From Trichomonas gallinae (Eukaryota), in contig MRSU01004908.1 in the NCBI GenBank assembly GCA_008369845.1, positions 1 through 35,225 on the forward strand: a stretch of 35,225 bases of DNA, given 5' to 3'. This document shows positions 29,460-35,225 of the stretch, piece by piece. Below the pieces are notes generated by a model. That model did not search any database, had not been told where the DNA came from, and was given only the letters and a program-made list of their open reading frames with translations. The translations under genes were made by a program, and so were the position numbers. How positions within the stretch are numbered: position 1 is the first letter of the stretch; the number at the start of each line of letters is the position of its first letter.

Positions 29460-30021
29460 AGAGCTGTAATGAGCATTTCAAGCATTAACAATAGACTTTA
29501 TATCATTGTAACAAGAAAATACTTTTGTAATTAATGAAGCATATCAAGGCCAATACAACTGGAATCAATAGCAACCAAAAAAAATTGGACCAAAATGGTA
29601 GCGCAATTGATTAGAATATCATGTAACTGGAATGGAACTTTTGCTCCTATAGCTCTGTATGACGTAATAATCGGATATTATTAGATAATTCTGGATAAAA
29701 TCGAAAATAGAATAAAGAATTCGTAAATTAAAATGCGATAGTTCGATGATTTCCTTCGTTGTCTAACATGTAGTAATAAAGAATTAGGTCTCTCTCTATC
29801 AGGTAAAAAAGTTGCCTAATGAAGAAAATGCCGTAAAAATTTGAGAGAGCTCATAGAAATTTAGGCTACGATTAAAAAGAAAACAAATAAAATCGGTTTG
29901 GCCCGTCACTAAGATAAATGCGCGGAAAGTGGCTTAAGAAGCGTATGCGGAGACTGAAAAGGAAGAGGAGGATGATGAGGTCCAAATAAGCCTAACGGCT
30001 TGGCATCCTCTCCTTTCCTGA
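29460..30021 (+). pseudogene. Decayed coding relic, possibly transposase-derived
   Basis: Higher-complexity stretch readable as stop-interrupted peptide segments (NEAYQG..., NWTKMVAQLIRISCNWNGTFAPIALY..., FDDFLRCLTCS..., EAYAETEKEEEDDE). Identity uncertain. Confidence 0.3.
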
Positions 30022-30875
30022 GAATAAATGCCTAAATATATACTTACTTATCTTTTTTTACCTTTTTACTGCATTCTTGCTCATCATCAAGAATTAGCTC
30101 CCTGGTAGTAGCAATGGAAGCTGATTTATCTGCTTCTTACTGCAAGATAATCTATTATTAAATTATATAACTTAACTATGAGGTAATATCATATATTGAA
30201 TTGCCTTGTATTTACTACTTATGAAAATGTCTCTAAAATATGTGAAAAACAAGCAAATTGCACAAAATTTGATCAGATATCTTCTCATTTACATTAAAAT
30301 TAAGAATCAAGTTGTATAATCTAAATTAATTCAAGTATTGTTAACAACTGCGAGTTTGCGGTGATGTAAATTTGAATAGAAAAAGATTATTTATTGGAAA
30401 TGGATTTTAAGCAATGAAAACACTTAAAATGTTTCATGTATTAGGAGCAAAAAGCAGGCGTAGCATTCATGGAATCGTCCCTTGATCAAACTCTATTTAC
30501 AATGTAAAAATCAAGAATTCATGTTTGACATTTGGCATATAAACGTCAAAAATTATTGTAAAGTGTCAAAAAAATTTACAATATATATTTCACGCTATCA
30601 CGAATAGAGACCCTACATAATATTAACCTATAAATGTTTACGAAAAATTCCCATACAAAAATACCAAAGATCGAAAATATGAATTTTTTTATGCAGAAAA
30701 ACGGTATCAAATTAGATAATTAAGTCCAAATAGATATCATAACAGTAATTACAATGTTAAATTCAATGAAATTATGTATTATTATTTCATAAACGAAATA
30801 TTTTCATTTATTTAGATATTATTAGTTTTTGTATTGTATATAGGTAAAATGTTATAATCGCAACTATTTAGTCTT

Positions 30876-33800
30876 TCATGCTTGTTCTTTCACTAATAGA
30901 GTATTTGTGATCACATTAGATTTCAAGTGATCGTGATCGTCAATCATAATTTGGACATCATATGTTCCAGCAGATAAAGTACTTGGAACTGTCCAATAGA
31001 AAGCGAATGGCTTCCTATCTTTCGGCTGAACAATAGATTGGACATAATCGAAATTCTTCTTCGGTGGAATATTAATCATAACATTAACAGCCTTGCCAAC
31101 ATCAGGATCAGTAAATGCTACATACATGAGTACCTTCTCTCCAGCTGTAACAACCTTTTTGGAGAATCCTGCCTTATGAAGAACAGGAGGATTATATGGC
31201 TTCAGGTTTATATGGTACGGATCAACAAAAGTATCAGCAACACCGTATTCGTCTTGTGCCCAAATATTGAGCATGTGCGAGCCTGGTTTGACTTGAGGAG
31301 GTATTGGAACGATGAACTCGAAAGGTGTCCAGTTCCATAAACTACTTTTTGATGCGTCAACTTTGCCAGCCGTTTCAACTTTGCCATCATCAAACTGATA
31401 CTTTATGTAAACATTTGATTCATCAAAGACTTCGCCTGATAATGTGATATTATCTCCTTCGAAGTAGTTGTATTTGATATAGAGATCATCAATCGTCATT
31501 TTAGGACGTTTAGTTATTGGTAGATTGCCTTCGATGACATTTGAAAAGTAATTCTCAGCATCATAAGCATATACTGTGTATTTGAAGTAAGGTCCATCTT
31601 TCGTGTTAACAGTAAAGTTGAATTTCTCGCCGTTAGGATTGGCAATTTTGATTTGCATTGTTGGAAGTGTCACTTCATTTATTGTCTGGTTCAAAAGAGC
31701 TGCAATGTTGACAGTTTCTCCAACATCTGCATCGATTAGAGAGAATTGGAGGAGAACATCTACATCCTTTCTATAGAAATCAAATTTCTCAGTTAATTCT
31801 CTGACAGTTGGTGGAGTCTTCATTACGTCATTTGGTACAAATGTAGCACCAAACTGAACCATTTCTCCCGGAGGAATTCTAAAACGAATCCATGCGAATG
31901 AATACATTGTGTTTCCAATGGATTCCTTGTCATCTTCTGAGCTCCAGAATGGAATCTTTTCGATTGAAATTTCTTGTCCATTTACTCGCTCAACTTCCCT
32001 GAGATATGTTGTGTTAACATTTGGAAAAACGCCGAAAGCACGTGTAAACACTGTGTAGTGTATGTATGGGTCATCATTTGAAACTGTGAAACCTCTTCCA
32101 TCGGCTCTTAGTGTAACACTATCATGTCTGTTGTCGAACTCGGAGTCAACGAAAACGCCGAGATCGATATACTTCGGGAAGTATCCATCATTTGTAACAT
32201 CGAAGAGCGCTTCGAAAAAGTTTGTCAATTGGTCATTTCTTGAGTGGTACTTGATTGTTATATCTCCATCTTGTGCCTTTTGTCCATCCTTGGATTTTAT
32301 TAGCTTTGTTTGTCCTGCCCAGAAACCATCATAAATCCTATATCCAACATAAAATCCTTCATCTTTGTATGACATTCCATGTGTCTTGCCATCAGCATCT
32401 GTGTATTTAAGGTTGAAGCAAGCGTTTGTATTTCTTGTGAGAGGAACTTCATTGATGGATCCTGGTCTAGATTTAATTGGATTCTCTGGATCATAGATAA
32501 CAACATATAGATCTTGAGTTTCGATTGATTTAACCTGCTTTTCATCAATAAGCTCGACTGTAATGGTATGTCTTCCTGGTGTTGCATCCTCTGGAATGTA
32601 ATAGAAGAAAGCATATGGAGCTTTAAGTCCTGTTGAGGTGAAGTTACCAATATCTTTCTTATTTTTGCCATCCCAGCTTGCAAGGACTTTGACGTTTTGG
32701 CCATTATCAGCATCTAAAGCTTCCAGAGCAATAACTATTTGATCTTCTTTCTGTGCTCTTGGATCAGAGAGGAAAGCAAAGTAAATGTGTGGTTCGTTTG
32801 GTTGTTTCAAGAAGAATTTGTAAAAATATGTAGGAGAATATTGGTCTAAATTATCGTAGCACCAAATATAAAGTGTATGATTTTTACCTGGCTTTAAATA
32901 TTCAGGAATAGCAATCTTTGATGTGAATTCCTGAACTCTATTATTTTGTACAATAATTTGTTGATTCTCATATTCTGGTCCGTTGTCAAATTTGTAAACA
33001 AAATTGACTTGTTTCTCGTCTTTTATGTCACCTTTAATGATGATGATATCATTCACATCATATTCTTTCTTTGGTTTTTGCTTCACTATTATATCAGGAA
33101 AATCCGCACCATCAGCAACCATGTAATCAACAAGTTCCCTTGATTTATATCCTGCAGCATCGTATGCGTAAGCTTTGTACTTTATTTTAAGGTTATCATG
33201 AAGGTTAGCTTTGAATGTGAAAACGTTTGACTTCTTGTTTTCTGTTGTTGTGAATGTTTCTTTGTATTCTTGACCATCTATACTAACAACAATTGTTATT
33301 AGCTCTCCGGCATCATGATCAACGACATTGAACTTTACGTCAACATCTGTGTTCTGCGGATAACTTTTCTTCCTTTCTGTCACATCGAAGATGAAAGGAG
33401 GCATTTTAAGTGTTTTGCCTGGATTAGCTATGAAGCCATAAACCTGCTCTTCTTTAGCTTTGATTGTCTGTTTCTTCCATGAGAAAGCGTAGACAGAATC
33501 TTGGCTTTTCGTTGTTGTAGTTGTATCGTCTTTAAAATATGGATAAAATTTGGGGTCAATATCGTGTGAATTTGGAAGGTCACCGAAGTAGATTGATGAT
33601 ACATCTGGGTAGTATGTGCCCTTGACTAGTAATAGATGTGAAGTGAAGTAGTCTGGGTTCTCAATTATAATCGCACGTTTATCGTCTGACAATTTTACAA
33701 TTGTTCTATCGTTATTCTGGAAAGAAGCATCAGCGAAGACGCCGAGGTCAAATGTAATAGGCTCGTATTGTTTGTTTTCGACAACAAAATATAGTAATAA

Positions 33801-34073
33801 GGCGTCTGTTGTCTTATCTTTTTCGTATCCAAAGGCAACTCTGTAATTATCGTTGAAAATCATGTCTCCCCACTTTAATAGTTGTATTTCTCCTTCTTTC
33901 TCATCAACATAAGGTCGGAAAGCCACGAAATACCCTTCTCCGTCTTGTGTCATCGTTTCATTATATTTTTCTGTTTTCACATATCGGAGATCAAAGCATG
34001 CGTTCTCTGATTTAGGTTTATCTACAGCTATATGTGTCTTGACAGCTGCAATTATAGTAAATACTGAAAGCAT
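30876..34073 (-). CDS. Large secreted/surface Bap-like protein with Ig-like repeats, built from two ~526-aa modules
   Basis: Signal peptide MLSVFTIIAAV. Duplicated motifs NACFDLRY/NACFNLKY, EGYFVAFR/EGFYVGYR, DLGVFAD/DLGVFVD, YAFSW/YSFAW, YAYDA, YKFDNG/YQFDDG. No C-terminal TM. The track start at 34076 is TTG; ATG is at 34073. Confidence 0.85.
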   Translation of the reverse strand: MLSVFTIIAAVKTHIAVDKPKSENACFDLRYVKTEKYNETMTQDGEGYFVAFRPYVDEKEGEIQLLKWGDMIFNDNYRVAFGYEKDKTTDALLLYFVVENKQYEPITFDLGVFADASFQNNDRTIVKLSDDKRAIIIENPDYFTSHLLLVKGTYYPDVSSIYFGDLPNSHDIDPKFYPYFKDDTTTTTKSQDSVYAFSWKKQTIKAKEEQVYGFIANPGKTLKMPPFIFDVTERKKSYPQNTDVDVKFNVVDHDAGELITIVVSIDGQEYKETFTTTENKKSNVFTFKANLHDNLKIKYKAYAYDAAGYKSRELVDYMVADGADFPDIIVKQKPKKEYDVNDIIIIKGDIKDEKQVNFVYKFDNGPEYENQQIIVQNNRVQEFTSKIAIPEYLKPGKNHTLYIWCYDNLDQYSPTYFYKFFLKQPNEPHIYFAFLSDPRAQKEDQIVIALEALDADNGQNVKVLASWDGKNKKDIGNFTSTGLKAPYAFFYYIPEDATPGRHTITVELIDEKQVKSIETQDLYVVIYDPENPIKSRPGSINEVPLTRNTNACFNLKYTDADGKTHGMSYKDEGFYVGYRIYDGFWAGQTKLIKSKDGQKAQDGDITIKYHSRNDQLTNFFEALFDVTNDGYFPKYIDLGVFVDSEFDNRHDSVTLRADGRGFTVSNDDPYIHYTVFTRAFGVFPNVNTTYLREVERVNGQEISIEKIPFWSSEDDKESIGNTMYSFAWIRFRIPPGEMVQFGATFVPNDVMKTPPTVRELTEKFDFYRKDVDVLLQFSLIDADVGETVNIAALLNQTINEVTLPTMQIKIANPNGEKFNFTVNTKDGPYFKYTVYAYDAENYFSNVIEGNLPITKRPKMTIDDLYIKYNYFEGDNITLSGEVFDESNVYIKYQFDDGKVETAGKVDASKSSLWNWTPFEFIVPIPPQVKPGSHMLNIWAQDEYGVADTFVDPYHINLKPYNPPVLHKAGFSKKVVTAGEKVLMYVAFTDPDVGKAVNVMINIPPKKNFDYVQSIVQPKDRKPFAFYWTVPSTLSAGTYDVQIMIDDHDHLKSNVITNTLLVKEQA

Positions 34074-34977
34074 CAAAAGAAATTTATTTGATTTTATTTG
34101 CTATTGAAATTATTGAATGAGGTATTCAAAATTTCTTGACATGTCTTCTCAATTTGATTAATTCTCTGAATGTCAAAAATATGAAATTTTCATGATATAT
34201 AATCAGTATTTTAAAATGGTTTCGCGTTTGATAAACTTTTGTAAAGATTTTATTTTTTCGAAAATCATATCATTGTATCACAACTTTCATATATATTTGA
34301 TAAAAAAACTTTAGGCCCTTAACTTGAAAAGCGACTTTAGTACTGAAAAATTTTTATTTTGGAATTGATAAATGAATATATTAAACAATTTAATATGTTA
34401 AAATAAAATGATTACGAATAATGATGTTTATTTCGGATCATTTTATACTTAAAATGTGATTTCAACGACTTTAATAATAAACAATAATTATATCTTTCAA
34501 TAATATGCCGTATGAACCATGTATAAATACTTAACGGTGAGGAAATAATTCTATGTATATTTTGTTGAGATATTGTTCTATCTTCTACATATTCTAATTA
34601 TATAAGCATAGTATCTTTATGTCCAATGTATTAAATTCTTGGAGACTTGGACATTGTTGTGCTATCGTTCAGGAGTTGACATGTAAAGTGTCATATTTTA
34701 TAAGTAATGTCATGAAAATTACGTTCTTTCAGGATCTGCCCCTAGCTTGGTTGGATAAAGGCTTGATATGCTTCTTGTCAGACCAGGTACGACTTACTTG
34801 CAAAAGAATTTTTTTTTCCTTTTTCAATGTGTTTTTTTTTTAGAACGAAAATAGTGATAGAACGAGCGTAAGTCCGATAGAGCGCCGAGCAATACGCTTG
34901 AAAAAGGTGAATTTTTGATTTTAAAGCGGAGTAACTGTATTGTATTCAAAAAACCAGGTCTTGATTTCAACGGTTTT

Positions 34978-35014
34978 GAATACATGTATATGAAGTTCGA
35001 ATACATGTATATGA
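34978..35014 (+). repeat. Short direct repeat, 2 x 16 bp (gaatacatgtatatga), each with the palindromic core atacatgtat
   Basis: Exact copies at 34978-34993 and 34999-35014. Confidence 0.7.
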
Positions 35015-35225
35015 TTTTATGTTAATACCTTCCATAATGAATGTCATTCATTAGGCAAAAAAACTAATTAACATGATATTAGTACCGTACGTTTCCAATT
35101 TTTTCCCAAATTTTTTTGGTACCCAAAAATACGTATTTTGTTAACTTCTCGATGAATATAGATTATTGAGTTGAACAAATTGTTGATGATAATACCTTAT
35201 CAGTTGCTCTATCATGCTATGTACT

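Noticed and set aside
29536..29548. 13-bp match gaagcatatcaag with the reverse strand near 34762-34774
   Set aside because: It does not extend, and matches of this length are expected by chance in an AT-rich 35-kb window.

Overview
AT-rich, gene-dense, apparently intron-less eukaryotic DNA. It looks like a trichomonad (Parabasalia, Trichomonas-like): Inr-like TCAYT motifs lie a few tens of bp before many ATGs, stop codons are often embedded in TAAA, and 'VPGIDVN'-type ankyrin repeats and a Bap-like surface protein are present. The organism call is an inference. About 16 intact protein genes can be supported: an ARL6IP1/reticulon-like protein, TVP23, an Asterix/PAT10-like protein, a bacterial-type MBL hydrolase, a Greatwall/IRE/Rim15-like AGC kinase, a stand-alone flavodoxin, a Tup1-like WD40 corepressor, an AIR9-like microtubule protein, an ankyrin protein, an LRR protein, a divergent TM9SF, an AHI1/Jouberin-like protein, a large internally duplicated Bap-like protein and several unknown or coiled-coil proteins. 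Several starts in the ORF track use TTG/GTG and were moved to the first in-frame ATG. The intergenic DNA holds the least-explained signals: (1) a ~350-bp element with 29-bp terminal inverted repeats inside a (TA)n tract, with an apparent empty-site paralogue in the same window; (2) phased arrays of a TG[AT]CA(N)TGTAAA motif in front of several genes; (3) G/C-tract motifs shared by the promoters of the endomembrane genes at the left end; (4) ankyrin relics, including an 80-bp non-coding tandem repeat; (5) ~120-bp direct repeats flanking the TM9SF gene; (6) a truncated tandem copy of the Bap-like gene next to a decayed, possibly transposon-derived ORF. No rRNA, tRNA or CRISPR was recognised. All family assignments come from motif recognition by eye, not from database searches.
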